The translations under genes and the position numbers were made by a program. Shown piece after piece: positions 1 through 14,134 of a DNA stretch of 64,000 nt. A model generated the notes under the pieces. The model saw only the letters and a program-made list of their open reading frames with translations, searched no databases and was not told the origin of the DNA. Each line of letters starts with the position of its first letter. Position 1 is the first letter of the stretch. Source of the DNA: Camelus ferus (Eukaryota); NCBI RefSeq assembly GCF_009834535.1, contig NC_045696.1:42658001-42722000 (forward strand). The letters run 5' to 3'.

Positions 1-402
1 AGGCAAAGGGGAGTCACAGCAGGCTAATTTAGAGAATTTAGAGAGGAATCTGTCTTAGGGTTGGGGTCTTGAAGTTTTATAGGAAAACTGAATGGATCAG
101 TAAAAGGCATTTACAATCAGGGCGCTTTACTGGGTGTTGCTACATTCCTCTTAACCTCCTGTCATGGGGGAACTGCCCTGCAGAGGGTCTGTCCATTCTT
201 CTGGGATTATCAGCCCATTACCTCCTTCCTGGAACATCATCGCCTCTGGGTTAAAACTATTGTAAAGAATGTAAGGGAGAAGTCTGGGGGATGCTTAGCA
301 CAAAAGTAGTGAGGGTGAGAGAGCGACTGCAGGATTTCTTAGTCAGAAGGAACCAGCAGACAGGTTTAGCACCAGGGGAGTAGTTTATTTCCTGCTCTTT
401 CA
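1..402 (-). mobile_element. ERV-type LTR, truncated by the window edge
   Basis: The minus strand begins TGAAAGAGCAGGAAATAAAC at 402, a typical LTR TG start. TATAAAA lies on the minus strand at 75-81, about 320 bp downstream, as expected in U3. Confidence 0.6.
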
Positions 403-3400
403 GATGCACGAATTTGTCTGAAAAATAATCTTTGTTTATTTTTATTTGTGGTCTGTAAGGGGAACCGTTTTTCTCTGTGTTTCACGTGCGATTTAGCTAT
501 TCTATGTATCACCTGACTTATGTTGGTGTGGAGAACAGATAGACTACTGTGGATGTCCTGGAGTTTATCTGTTTTCTGTGATAGGTACTGCGCGTGAAGT
601 AAACTGGGCAGACGAGCAGGTGTTATTAAATACCTTTCTCAAAGACTTTTCATAGCTTTGGAGAAGCAGACAAAAGCCTAGGTAAAAGTGGGCCGACTGC
701 TCAATAAATTTCTAAATTTTTTGAACATCCAGAATTTGCCCAGGACTAGGAGATGACCTGTGGTTATACTGCTGGATATGGGATACCATCTACTAAAGAA
801 AGAGGAAAAAACAACATTACTTATTCGGGTCATTCAGAACTAGGGGATTTGATGAGAGAAACTGCCACAAAAGTGCTTCCTGAGACAGATGCCAAGTTCT
901 GGCAAATTTTACAGCAGTGAATTTTCATTTGCAACTGTTTTCATTAAACCGCAAGAGCCTTTGAGTCATGGCCTGGGGTAATTCTGAAATAGGAGACTTG
1001 AGAGAGAATAGTATGGAAATGCAAAGTGGGTTGGCTCTTTGACTCAATCACTGTAAACCAAGTACCCTTTGTGTTGTTTTAGTACAATCACTGCCTTGAA
1101 AAACCAGCACTCCCACCAAGCTGCAGTCCTTGAGTTTGTAGTCAACATGTTAAATCCTTGTGCTTGGCTGTTTTAACTATTGGTTTCCCTACTGAGTCCC
1201 CAAAGAAACATTGGTTGAGCATCCAGCTATGCCTGGGGCAAGACGTTGATTACCGAACAGTCAGAAGCAAAATAAACGCTCTGCAGATATATTAGAGAAC
1301 AAAAAGACTGGCTTTGGAACAATGGAGAAAAATTGCAATTAGGCTTTTTCTTCCCTCCCTGCAAGCTAGGCTTTGCCCTGTGTTATTTATTGTGTATCTT
1401 TGTCAACTGGTCTCTTGGCCTATCACAATGCTTTCTACATTTTGATAGAATGGTAATAAAAGGGCAAACTTATTTATTACTTTCGTCTCTTAATTGAATG
1501 TCAGTCACTTTCCATTCAAAAAGAAATGGCTTTTGGTGTAATTGAGAAATTCACTGATCTTTTCCTATTCTGCTCTAATATTTTAGTACATACATTTCCT
1601 TTTATTTTACTATTTATAAAGTCGTTATAAATCAAACCAATTGCAGCATAACAGGAAATGGTTGACATTTTCTATCTCAAAGACTCATTCATAATTTCCC
1701 AATTACATGTAGTTTAAATACATAGCATCCAATCTGCAGTCTTTGAAATGGTGCCAAATTCCATCTGCTTTCCTGCACATCAGCATGACATGAGAGAGCA
1801 CTTATGAGAACTCTAACTTGAACACAAACTTCTCTCAATAGAACCTTACTGTTAATTTGCAATTTTCTGTTCAATAACCTTCTCTTATATAAATGCACAG
1901 TTTTATTGATTTCATATCTGGCTGCTTACTGACCTCTACTAACAACCTATCAGCCTTTTTTTCCCATTTAGACCAGGGGGAGCTGATACCTCTTCCAAAA
2001 TTGCTTCAAATTCATAGAAGGTTGATTCTGATGAAATGCCTACAAAATTGTCATATTTTTGTTGGCATAACACAATCTTTTTGATGCAATTCTTGAATTA
2101 TATCTCAAATTTCGACCCTGAAATATGAAGAATTTTAATTATACTTTGAGATGGTAAATTCAAAATTTCTCTACAGACATTGTTACTAGTAAATTATCTT
2201 TATTTTATTATTTCAATTTTTCTTTAAGATTTCTTGTTTTCTCTTTTGCTGATTTGATTGATTCTCCAGAGTCCTTGTGATGCAATTCATAAGGTATGCT
2301 TGCATTTTTAAAAATAGGCACATTGGGTTGACTTTGAGTTGACAGAATTTTGCATTCATTTGGAAAATTATAAATATTCTACTGCTAAAGTTTGAAATCC
2401 CACAGACATACCAAGCAGCTGAAACAAATGAGAAAATACTTGTCCTTTATGCATTAGGGCTATCATGATAGATTTACTACATAATTCCAATACATTCTGT
2501 ATTGAACTCACAGCCAAAGCTGTCATTCCTTAAAAATTAGACATCAAGTTGCATGCAGAAGAAATCATTCATTTAAAAAATTTTGTTATATTTTTGTGCC
2601 TGATTTTTATTAAAATGCTAAGAGAAATCTTAAATATGGAAAGTACATACTGCCTACATAATTACTTCCATTTTTTTAGCTGGACTTCTGAAAGTTGGCC
2701 CCTTTAGTTGGGCGTCTGTTACCCTTCTCCTTCAATCAATATTTTCGTGTCTTCTACAAGTTTTTTTGGATTTGCCAGTACATTTTTCATCTCACATCTC
2801 TCCAGCAATATCAACCTCCCCCCACATCCCTCCTGCCATGGTGCTTTCTGTGGCAGATAGGAACTGTCTGTCCATCCGTGTTAACAACAATTTTAAAATA
2901 TAATGTGAAAGTCTCTTGGAATACGCTATACTAGGGAAAGGAGAGGCACTGTAACACTTTCCCATTTCTTAGCCAGTTTGGCATAGATTTCAACCACGTA
3001 TAGACCTCAGGCCAGAAACTTAGTTTTGCAAGAAATACTGGATTTTTTCCTTCTTTATGACTTAATGTTATTTTGATTATAAGCCCTTGTCTAGCAGGCT
3101 GGTAATATATTCAAACTTCATTATGTGTTGACTTCTCTCCACCCCTTGAGATGAGTAGGGTTTTATACTTTGCCATCTGCATTCTTAGTAGGTAGGAAGG
3201 GGACACCTCTGCTAATTGTTATATGACCACACAGGTAACTACCAATTTGTCCTTTGGGCTCATCTGAACAGCCCACTCAGATCCAGCTCCTCTCTGAATA
3301 GAGTTGTTTCATGGGGCTGAGAACTCTGATGTCTGTGGTACCTCTTTTTAGTAAAACCACGTGGGTCCTTTTGCTGTCTTCCTGGCGGGCTGATCTAGGA

Positions 3401-6400
3401 TCCATAGTCCTCTTTCTTACCATCCTGAAACTCTAGTCTCCACATGGCATGTAAGATTTGGAAATCTTTTTGAAATGCCCATCTCTGAATGGTCTTCTCC
3501 TGGCTCTGGGCACTCCCATGGAATGCGTTACCTGTGGTCTGTGTGTCTGACCAGCAACATGGGACAGATGGAGAAGAGCGACTCAGTGTTGAGGGCATAG
3601 GCTTAGCTATTGAATTTAGTGATAGACATACACCTAGGAAGGCAAGATGTGTCGATGGGAGCTCAGGCAACTGGGACTGGGCTTGCCTAGACAAAATAAA
3701 ACATGAAGCAAAACAGGAACCATGTCAGGGAATTAAGATGGAAAATATGGGACAAAGTTGGATTCTCAAAGCCTGAGAACAGTGCTGAAACACCCTGATC
3801 TGTTGCCTGCCTCGAAGTCTCAGAGTTCACATCAGAGTCCTCCTGAAAGTAGAGCATGGTCAGTGTTTAAAGTCGGGCTGATGGGGTAGTCAGAGAGATG
3901 GCTACCAGGTTTGGTCTGGGCCCTGAGACATGACTAGCTTTTAGGAGGGAGATCACAGATGGCATTCTCATAGTTGCCTGGTGGTAGAGCAAGGGCTCCA
4001 AACCTTGTCTGTGGAGAAGAATGTGATTTGTATAAAGTCTGCCATGAAATTCTTGAATTGCTTCCCAATCTCTTCTTGTATCAAGGAATGTATTGGAGTT
4101 GACTACTTTATGATGGTTTCCATATTGGCAGGCCAGTTGCCTAGAACAAAACATAGTTATAATATTAGAGACTTGAATTAAATTCTTCTCAAATTTAAAT
4201 CCTCCCACCCCACTAACCTCCATTAAGGCACAGAGGTGTTCCTCCAGTGCTTTCCAATTTTCCGTGCCTTTAGATCTTCTGATGTGTGGAATATATTAAA
4301 TAGGCACCAGAATATTCTTTTCCAGTTATTTTAACTTGGATGACATTTGTTCTTCCTCTTTCTGGGCTAAGTTTCCCCCTAGATCTTTAATTTCAATTCT
4401 GTTTTGTTCTGAACACTGACACCTCCCTCAGTGAATTCATAGGATTATACTTCTAAATCAATTTTGTACATTTAAGACAGTTAACAGTTTTGTACCAAAG
4501 GTTTAATATTCTCCTGCAGGATCTGAAATTTTCCATTCTGGGAAAAGAATTTGAATGTGGCATAGCAGGGTGGGATTTCCTTTAATATAAGCAGAAAGTC
4601 CTGGGACTTGATAATAGTAATAGTTTTTGCCGAATATTAAATTTATAGGAGACAAAAATAGTTGAAAAAGAGAGACTCATGAAAGGAAAAGTGGGCAAAT
4701 TTAGCAAAGAGAAAGAGATTTAGAGTACCTTAAGGAAATGGAACTTAGGAGAGTTGTTCTGCTTAAAATATTCCTAAGGAATAATGACAAACTCCAAGGA
4801 ATGGGTTAGTAAATTTTCAAGATCTTTTAAGGAGAAAACAGGGAGGTATGGGGCTTCCTCACATCACCTAGATCAAAATCTACTCTGTGCACGTGACCTA
4901 CTCTGACAAGCTGTTAGAACTAATGCAGCTTAAATATTGGTCTTACTATCTGATTCAGTGTCTACCGTTCTTCTTCAATATTTGTAAGGTGCTGAACTCA
5001 ACACCTGACTTGGTGTGTGCATAGTGTGAGCACAATAAATGATAGCTATTGTTTGACCATTTTTATTCTTCCAGATGAATTTTAAAATAATTTGAAAAAA
5101 GTAACTGCTGACACATTCAAATCAATTGCCAGTTCAGTACATAAAGCAGGCTAAGTCCTAACAATCAAGCATGATAAAAAAGAGGTAAGAGAAGGAACTA
5201 GGAAATAACTGGATTGACAAACAATGGAGAAAATAGAGACAAATGAGATATTAAATTTAGAACACATTGTTTTTGAGGAAATCAGCGTTATAACATGTAA
5301 CCTTGTCAAAAAGTTATCCAAAGATGCTGAATGACCACTTTCTGAGCTCACCTATTCTTTAAACCTTTGGTTTAACATGCTTCTAGCCAGCATGTGGGGC
5401 ACTGGGGAGATGTAGGAGAGAGAGTTTGAGCAGCACAATACACTGTTAACTTTTCAGAATTCCCTTCACAAATTAACATTCACAGATGCGTTGATTTATT
5501 TGGACATTCTAATTCAAATGGGATAGAGGTGAATGACTCAGTCTTAGAACAGGCATTGGGAGAGACATTTCATAACTGACCATGGGTACTAGCTCTTAGG
5601 TACTAGCTTTGTTTTCGCTGTTAGTTCCTGATTCAACATAATCCATTAGACTGTCATAGTTCACACTTGCTTATTATTTATTTAGTGAGCTCTGTTGAGT
5701 CCTTCAAGACCTGTGGGCAAAGATTCTTGACTTGAAAGACTGCCTGGCTAAGGGCAGAGGTGTTAATACAGATTTTGGCCTCTCACCTAGAAAAGCACTT
5801 AAAAGGACACAACCAATAAGTGATTCAGTTAGTGTAACCTCCCACCTGACCTTTTAAAGAAAAGAGACTCCTGTGCCCTAGCAGCAGCGCAAGATGATCC
5901 CCTTTGTCCACACTGCACGGAGTGGGTTGTTTTTCTAGGCTGAAAGCATTTGTAGGACAGATCGAAGGGTACAAAGAAGGAAAAAAAGGGTTGCTGAAGA
6001 TCTGAGACCAATACTTCATAAAATGACTTCAGCTATTCTACCATCAGATCCTTTGCTGCCAGTTGATAAACTGTTAGAAACAACACTAGCGTGGTGTATC
6101 AGTGATGGGACAGCTCTGATAATAGTCAGTTTTACCAACAAATGGTGAATTCGCAGCCCTTTACACCGCACAGTCATTTCCAGGCGGTTGAAAAGCGCGT
6201 CTCGCCTGCCCTCTTTACTTGCGTCTACTGCCGAGTCGAAAAGCCTTCTTGATTCCCCTGTGTGTATCATAGATTCGTTTTCCATTTGAAGAATCAATAC
6301 GAAATGCAGGCATAGACAGACGGCATTTCATAGTTGGCATTTGGAACAATGGGAGGTCATCATCTAACAGGACTTTTTCCAGGTACCAGAACATTGTAAG

Positions 6401-7254
6401 AATAAATTTGTAGATTAAAAAGTTTTTTAGTTACAGAGATTATGGCCTATCAGTTTCTTAACTAGGTATATACATACTTAGACACAGAAAGCCTTGAAAG
6501 TGTAAAAACTCTCTGAAATAAACACTGTGAGCATTGTAACACTGAGGAAACTATTTTGGCTGCTTACTTCAAAACTTTTAAAGAAACCTAGATACAAGAG
6601 ATGCTTGAGAAGTAATACTATGGGATAACATTTCTTAAAAAGAAGAGCAGGGATAGCGATTTACCTTGTTGTAAAGTTTTACTGTTGGGCGCTTTTGGGA
6701 AATTCACTAGTTCATTCTGAAAGTGAGGCCCTGTTAAGCTTGTAAAATGTTTCCATTTTCTGTTCTCAATTCAAACAGTATTTATCTATGATTTCCATAA
6801 CCTGTCACTCAGCAAGGCTCTGGGAACACAAATGATCTCATTAAAATACTCCTTTCAAAATGTTTTCCCTGAATAGACGCTGGAAGAGCTTTCCAGCTAA
6901 ATTGAATACAGAATAAAGGGACAAAGTAACAAAACACTGAACTTGGAAAGGCCTTATTGAAGTTTTAATTTTGGATTTAAGGGATCCATCAGATGTCAGT
7001 CTGCTTTCTGTGTGTTTCCAGATCATGTCTACATATGAGGTCTATCCTAATTGAGAAAGTGTAATTTTAAAAACCATCGTCCAGCTCTTGCTCTTGCATC
7101 CATATAGAGGGAAAATTCAAAACTGGAATGAATCTGAAAGTGTAGTCTTTAATCCCACTATTCACCTCTGTACATATTCCTCTGACATAATGTTCTAAAA
7201 ATGGTTACAGAGGTAAGAAATCGGGAAGAGAAACTAGCATTTCGTAAAATCATA

Positions 7255-7430
7255 CCATGTACTAGGCCACATGCAAAGTCTTTTCAAGAATTTACCTGAC
7301 TTGAACCTTCTTACAACAACCATGTGAATGAGGTGTCCCAGTCCTCACCTTGCACATCAAGGCACTAAGGCTCACAGGTGTCACGTCACCTGCTTCCGGT
7401 CCTACTCTCGGTAGGAGGTGGAGCAGATTG
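7255..7430 (-). mobile_element. MIR SINE relic
   Basis: Degenerate match to the antisense MIR core (cttacaacaaccatgtgaatgaggtg...aggcactaaggctcacagg...cacctgc). Confidence 0.55.
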
Positions 7431-8144
7431 TAAACAAAGCCAGAACTTTGATACAGAAGACTTCCAAAATGCATTTTTGAGAAATGTGTTCATTACTGGA
7501 TTGCCAAGCAGGAGAATAAAGTGTCACTTGCTCAGAAAGTGCATTTTTGTTTTTACTACAAGTTGTTTTATGATTACAGCTTTGAAAAAGATAGTGCTGA
7601 CCTACTAGGTGCCTTTCTATTGCTGGGGAGTCACTTTGACCAATTCTCCCAGTCCAGCCACTCTGTGTGTCTCCTGTACCTTTGACCTTTCAAGGCTCTC
7701 TAGATGATTTGGATAGCACTTCCCAAGGATTTAGCTTTTTGTTTGTTTATTTCCCAAACTGCCCTTGTGGGTTAAAAAAAAAATTTCTCCTTCAAGAAGG
7801 ATCAGAGGACAGAAGATTCCACCATGAGTACCAAATATTGCTCATCTCGCCTAGATATTCAGTTCTGGAATTGCAATCTTACATTAAATTATACAATATC
7901 TATTCCTAAAATCCCAGTAAACTCATTTTCTCTCCCATGCAATATGAATCATTTCTCTCAACTTGAACCTACATCTTTAACTAATCAAGGTAGGAGCCAT
8001 TGTACTTTAACCATATACCAGGCATTAAAAAATCTCAACGTGGAGAGAAGCAAATACTACTGCTACTGCTAGTAGCAGTACCACCACCACTGTTGCTGCT
8101 GCCCATTACTAACCCATTGTCACTGCTCCCACCACTTCCAGCCT

Positions 8145-8620
8145 GAGCGCTTGGTGTCCAGCAGACACTGCTCAAGGGGCTCGACCTGCTCTATTTCACT
8201 GTGTCCTCACAACTCTTCTGCAGAGAAAGTGCAGCTGACCCTTGAACAATACAGGTTTGAACTGCACAGGTCCACTTCTACTTGGATTTTTTTCAATGAG
8301 TTTTCACTTCACAGATCTTTAAATTCACTAAGTGTAGAAAAAAAGATTGTGTTTGATGTTAGATCACAGTAAGTGGAATCAAGGGAACTAGGGTTTAAAT
8401 CGTGATTCTTAAACACTGTTTCAACCTCCTGCCCTTGAATGCAGGATTTACCAGTTCTTTCATTTTTGAGGCTGAGATGGCTGTATGTGGACTTTTTGAC
8501 TCTGTGTGTGGGGTGGGTTATCCCTAACCCCTTATTCAAAGGGCAACAGTACTGTTAGGACCCTCATTTTACAGGCGATAAATGAATCAATGCTTCACAG
8601 GGTTTAGAAGACTTGCCTTT
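8145..8620 (-). mobile_element. MIR SINE split by a Tigger insertion
   Basis: Left half cctcacaactcttctgcagagaaag and right half tactgttaggaccctcattttacagg...gacttgcc are colinear with the antisense MIR consensus once 8232-8549 is removed. Confidence 0.7.
8232..8549. mobile_element. Tigger2a-type non-autonomous TcMar element (copy 1)
   Basis: Left TIR CAGCTGACCCTTGAACAATACAGGTTTGAACTGC; right TIR TTATTCAAAGGGCAACAG followed by TA. Internal sequence is shared with 43708-44042. Confidence 0.85.
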
Positions 8621-9109
8621 GGTAAAAAAGGCAAAGTTGCCCAGCTGTATATAAAAAACCTCTTTCAAGACCCTGAGCCAAGGGAGCCTTGCTAATGCTG
8701 ATTTCCACTCTGTGTGGATTGTCTTCTGCTAGAGCTCCTCTTTTATCATAAACCCTCTGTGGTACATTTAAATGTCAGAGTAATTCCTACTGCCAGGCTC
8801 CTCTTAGTTGTACTAATTTTTACACAAAATCTTAGCAAAACTTATAATTACATTTCAGTTACCCTGGAGGAGTGACCCTGATGGAAATTTTGTGGCAGTT
8901 TAGAGTATTATTTTTTATTTAAAAAGAAGTAGAATATAACCATATTTTTATTATCTTGGGAAGTAGAAAAATGAGAGTGTTATCTATAACATATATTTCC
9001 ACCCTGTGTTTCTCTCAGTTTTAGTTGTATCGTAATGAATCTATAATTTTGTATTTGGCTCTTTCACTTAATATAATGTCAAAAAAACCAATTCATTACT
9101 AAGTCTTCT

Positions 9110-9430
9110 ATATTTTACATCCCAAATATCTCCTGCCTCTGGTCATTTCTCTCCATATTTTCTACCATCATCCTAATCCAAGGTACCAGCTCCTCTTTCC
9201 TGAACTTCAGCAATGCCTTCCCAACACTTCTGCATTTTGATCTACTTCCATTCTGCAGTTAGAATGTTTTTCTCAAAAGTGTGACTCTAACCATAGTATC
9301 ATTCTTAAAATCTTTCCAAAGGTTTTTATCGATCTTGATATAAAGTCAAATCTTTTGCAGAGGGCCTCTCACCTGCTCCTCCAACCTCATCTTCGACCAA
9401 ATTCTACCCTTTATTTTCAATTCCTGTCCC
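9110..9430 (+). mobile_element. L2 LINE fragment
   Basis: Pyrimidine-rich L2 3'-region motifs (cccaaatatctc...ctttcctgaacttcagcaatgccttccc...ataaagtcaaatc). Confidence 0.55.
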
Positions 9431-9436
9431 TTTTGT

Positions 9437-9630
9437 TGTATCAGTCTGCTTGGGCCGCTGTAACAAAACACCACGGCCTGCGTGGCTTAGACAGCAGAAG
9501 CGTATTTTCTCAGCTCTGGAGGCTGCAAGGTGCACGATCAAGTTTAGTAGGGTTTGCTTTCTGGTGAGGGCTCTCTTCCTGGCCTACAGAACAGCCACCT
9601 TTGCGCTGCGTCTTTATCTCGTCAGGAAGA
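9437..9630 (-). mobile_element. MLT1A-like MaLR LTR, partial
   Basis: tgtatcagtctgcttgggccgctgtaacaaaacaccac...ctggaggctg...tctggtgagggctctcttcctggcct is the characteristic antisense MLT1A end. Confidence 0.8.
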
Positions 9631-9639
9631 TAATCTCTT

Positions 9640-10570
9640 TTCCATGCATTGACATAGATTATTTATTTAGTTTCAGTTGTTTCATGTTTTTCTGTATTAC
9701 ATTTACTGAATTTTCCAGTACATGGACTGTTTTAATACTTATTTTTGTTTTGGAAATTTAGGAAAGTTTATATTTCTCTGTAGTGATATGATTCTATTAA
9801 TATCTCTTCCTTGTTTAGAATCTCTCATTTGGTTTCACCATGAGCAACAATGGAATCTGCCTCTTTACCTTTTGTTGTCCCTTCCCTTCCAATTTTACAT
9901 CACTAGTATTATTTTTTGCTTTCATATATATGGTATTAAGTATACTTAAGCTTATTTTATTTATTTTTTAGCTTCGAGTGATCAACTTTTACTCTCAGAT
10001 AATACCTATAAATCAATCAGCATGCTTTATCTCCTATAGATTTTGTCTCTTTCTTCTCCTCTCATTTTTCATTACTTATATTATTTCTGCATAGTCAGAT
10101 CATGTTATATCTTACTATTATTTTGTCACACTTATCTACGTCTCCTTATATTGGTACCACAGTTAAATATATTCGTTGCAAAACTGCAAATCTTAGGTTG
10201 ACTCTTTTGAAATGATTTTGTAGCTGTCTACAGCTTATATTCTATTCTGTTTCTCAAGGGAGACTCCTGGGATCAACATTCTTAAAATCTGGCATGTAAA
10301 TAACTGTCTATGGTCTCTAAAGTTAGAGGACTGTTTGGCTGGATATACAATTTTCTACTCATATTTTCTTTCCTTAAAAGTTTTTTTTTTTTTTGCGAAT
10401 TCTAATAGAAATCCAATTTTCTCTTTCTTATTAGTAACTTGAATCTTTTTTTGTATGTTTTTAGAACTTCTCTATTTTAAAGTCTCAGTGTTGCTCGTTT
10501 GAGGTCGATTTTCACAAATACACAGTTGCCCTTTCAATACGGGATCTTCTTTTCATTTCAGGATTTATTG
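9640..10570 (-). mobile_element. Old L1 (L1M) fragment
   Basis: T-rich plus strand with an antisense L1 ORF1-region motif (tttggctggatatacaatt at about 10334); heavily diverged. Confidence 0.5.
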
Positions 10571-10744
10571 CTCTAGCAACTGTCTTCAAATATGAACACA
10601 CACTTGAGTTATTATCTGACAACATGAAAAAAAGCATGAAAAGACATGAATACACAAGAAAAACACAAATGGAATACTATTGTCTGTTGATTCCACAAAG
10701 TTAGTTGTAGTGATGTTAAGATGAGCCTGGTAGTCAACATCATT

Positions 10745-11245
10745 TAGTATCAAAGTGCACAGATACTGGAGTTAAACTGCCTGAATTTAAATGCTAATCC
10801 TGTTTCTTTATGAGTTGTGCAATCTTAGGCAAGGTTTTTAACCTTTCTCTGTTTCAATTTTATCATCTATAAATGAAGATAATGGTGCATACCTCTTAGC
10901 GGTTTTTTTTTGTTTTGTTTTTTTAATTGAAGTACAGTCAGTTTACAGTGTGTCAATTTCTGGTGTACAGCATAATGTTTCAGTCATATATAAAAATACA
11001 TATATTTATTTTCATATTCTTTTTCGTTATAGGTTACTGCAAGATATTGAATATAGTTCCCTGTGCTATATAGAAGAAACTTGTTGTTTATCTGTTTTAT
11101 ATATAGTAGTTAATATTTGCAAATCTTGAACTCCCAATCTATCCCTTCCCACCCTCTTTCCCCCTGGTAACCATAGGTTTGTTTACTGTCTGCGAGTCCA
11201 TTTTTGTGAAATTAAATGAGATAATCCACATACAGTGCTTAAACA
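10745..11245 (+). mobile_element. MIR SINE split by an L1 tail
   Basis: ttaggcaaggtttttaacctttctctgtttcaattttatcatctataaatg...acctcttag resumes after the insertion as gtgaaattaaatgagataatccac. Confidence 0.75.
10903..11203 (-). mobile_element. 5'-truncated lineage-specific L1 (3' UTR plus poly-A)
   Basis: A poly-T tract, then aattgaagtacagtcagtttacagtgtgtcaatttctggtgtacagcataatg...gttccctgtgctata...ccctggtaaccata, an artiodactyl-type L1 3' end. Same family as 41271-41488. Confidence 0.85.
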
Positions 11246-12819
11246 TTGATAAGCCTGATGCCAAAATACAAAAGCGGCGTAAGTATTTGTTTTCTTTCAA
11301 ATTTTAATGAAACTCCATAGGCTACAACCATCAGATAATTTCAGTATTCAAATTTTTTTTGTGTAATCCCAAAATCCCTTTGTGTAAGGGATATAGTGTA
11401 GGATAATGGAAAGTAAATGAGCCAAAATAGAGGACATAGGACGTACAGTTTTGGAGTTACTATGTGCTTGAATCCACCTGTTCATGGCACAACATTTGCA
11501 CTGAGCTCTCTGCTCCTCCTTTCCCAGGAGCCCACCTCACTCTCTTTGTCTGGCTACCTTGTTCTTATTATTAAAGAGTCAGGAGTTAATAATCTCCTTC
11601 ACTGGATAAGACCCTCCCAGTGTGCACAGGGACTCCTACAACACCCTTACTGACTTCTAGCTTAATTCTCATATTCCCTGATGATTTTCTGATTGCATGA
11701 CTGTATCCTCCAGGAGCAACTTAAGGGTGGAGATTGTGTTTTTAAACTAGTTTCTATCATGCCTGATGTTTTGTGGCTGAACAATATATTTTTTTCAGAT
11801 TTACATTCTCTAAAGAATGATTGTAAGGATAAAATGGAAACATATGCGAAGTTTTCATGGAAACACAGTAAGTGTAAACTGTTGAACAATTATAAATCAT
11901 GGAACCCAACTTTAGAGATTTAGAATTGAAGGAGCTGTGTCATGCAAAATCTAAATAGATTCACCTCTGTAAATAGAATAGTCAAGGACATCTACTTCAT
12001 TTTAATATGCCTTTTCAAAACAAACATTGGTAGTATATTAAATAGCTTTAAAAGATCTGAGTTATCTTTTTAAGAGGCAAGAACATCTTTAAATGCTGGT
12101 TTATCATGTTTTCATTTGTTTGAGGAGCAAACAATAGATTGTTCATTTTACCTTCCTCTGTGATATGTATAAACACCCCCAAAAGCCTACAGCTTATCTC
12201 TGAGCTCCTCAGCATTGCCCAGTTTTAAACACCAAACCCCGCTGTAAATCTCTCCGCTCTGTTAACAAGAATGCAGCTCCAGTATGGCTCCCTTTACTGT
12301 AGGATATAAACTTTCCATTAGTAATCTTATGCTCAAGGTAAAAGGAGAAACATGGAAACATTGTTGGGGATAAAAGCTATTGGATGGAAATTATTTGCAG
12401 AATGCTAGTGTCAGTAAAGTAAAATATGTCATTAGCATCTTCCACATCCTTTGTATCTTGCTCATCTCTGACACGTGTGTAGTTATCATGATAGGGATGT
12501 TCTAGCAGATTAGACAATGAGCCCTAGAGAACAGTTAGGAGATTGTGGTAGCATCAGTTGCATTAGCTCACACAGCTGTTCTCTGTTCCTTAATATATAA
12601 AGTCTAGTTTATTTAAGAATTCCAGGGTTATTTGTATATTTTGAAAATTTTTCTACTGTATTATCTCTGCAAGATTCTGCTCTCAAATCCCAATATCTAT
12701 CACATGTTTATCCATTCTTTAAGTAAGACACACCTCCATGATTCTGTCCCTTCACTTCTGGCTTATAATTTTCTATTTTACATTTATTTCTGCATTATCT
12801 TGTGTGTGATAATTGTTAC

Positions 12820-12940
12820 TCATTCATTCATTTATGAAATCCGTATTTATTAGGATTCCTATAAGTAATGCACAATGCTTGGCACTGGCAATTCAACTGG
12901 AAAGTAGGAATATATAATCTCTAACAATCTAAGGAAGCAA
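12820..12940 (-). mobile_element. L2 3' end
   Basis: (CATT)n tail followed by tatttattaggattccta...gcttggcactgg. Confidence 0.55.
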
Positions 12941-13049
12941 TGAGCAGTCAACAGAAGTTAGACTTTCCTCTATGTCTGGTAGTGTACCAGACATGCTAAG
13001 AACTTTATCTTTCATCACCTCTGTGTCTCCACATTACCTTCTTACAAAA

Positions 13050-13503
13050 CCTGCGTATTCCCTCTTTTCAGAAAGCTTATGCCCAGAACAGCTGACAGGT
13101 CGGCAGTGGACCGGGTGACCCCATAATGTAGCCGTTGGACCAGAGATATAGTCATTATCCAGACTAGGACAAAACATTTCCCTCTCCAGGATCTTGAAAT
13201 TTGAACGTACAATTGATTTAGTCTTTGTTGGCGCTTCAACTACAAGATGGTAAAAAGCAGGAAACCGTATATAGCTGGTTTCTGCTATGTTAATAAAGAA
13301 TCTGGAAAAAAGCCACTGTTGAGAGAGAGAGAATTCTAATGCAGGATTACAGAGAGAAATAGAAAACTGAAGAAAGTAATCTTGGTTCCCAAATGGTTTC
13401 ACTTGTTAGGAGGCTTGGCTGCATCTCTGGTATTCTTCTGATACGTTTTCCAATTTGCTTAAGTGAGTTTGTATACCTTGCTACCAAATGTTAATGTGAC
13501 AGA
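13050..13503 (+). mobile_element. Old ERVL/MaLR-type LTR (MLT1/LTR16-like)
   Basis: gtgacccc...tccctctccaggatcttgaa and a 3' end ttgcttaagtgagtttgtataccttgctaccaaa resemble old ERVL-class LTRs; subfamily unresolved. Confidence 0.45.
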
Positions 13504-14134
13504 AATTTATCAGACAGTGGGGATGTATGTAACAGACCCCTGAGAAAAATTGGGAACATTAAGGAAGTGAAAATTCCCTCATTCCTATCAGGGGAATGGT
13601 CTTGCTTATTGATGATGAAATACTTAATAAACCATTCCCCGTATTTCCTTGGCACAAACTAAGATGGGGTCTTACAGAAAAGGCAGTTTGCCAGCCTGAA
13701 GAAGGGTATAGCATTGCAAATATGAAAATCTCTTACGAAAAGCTCTGTATGTAAGCTGTTTAAAAATTCTGAAATTGCTGCAATCCAGAGCAAGAAATCA
13801 GTTAAATGCCATGTTGAGTTGCAGCTGTTGAATTCTCTGCCCTTTTGCACATCTGTGGCCAAATCACACAGCTCAGCATAAAGCAGGAGTCTGACTTTTG
13901 GATGGATATGAGGGGAAAGGAGGGGGTGATGGCAGAGCCCAATTTTACTAGGTTATTCTGTTTTTCTTTCAGGCTTCTCATGTTGATTAAACTTAATACA
14001 ATTTCCCAATGTAAAGTGTCTTCAATAAATTGGCTAGAAATCAGCATGGGCTTTAGGGGAACTGGTGTTCCTCACATATCATGAGACCAAACTGTAGAGC
14101 TTTTCATTGTTTTCTTGCCTCTGTTCACTGTAAC

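Noticed and set aside
3240..4223. GC-richer block with several 95-118 aa ORFs; one starts MEVSGVGGF, superficially GAPDH-like
   Set aside because: The similarity does not extend beyond a few residues and no frame resembles a protein I recognise. It may be an unrecognised old repeat.
13034..13402. 122-aa minus-strand ORF ending at a donor-like AG|GTAATG
   Set aside because: It overlaps a probable old LTR and has no recognisable homology or matching acceptor.
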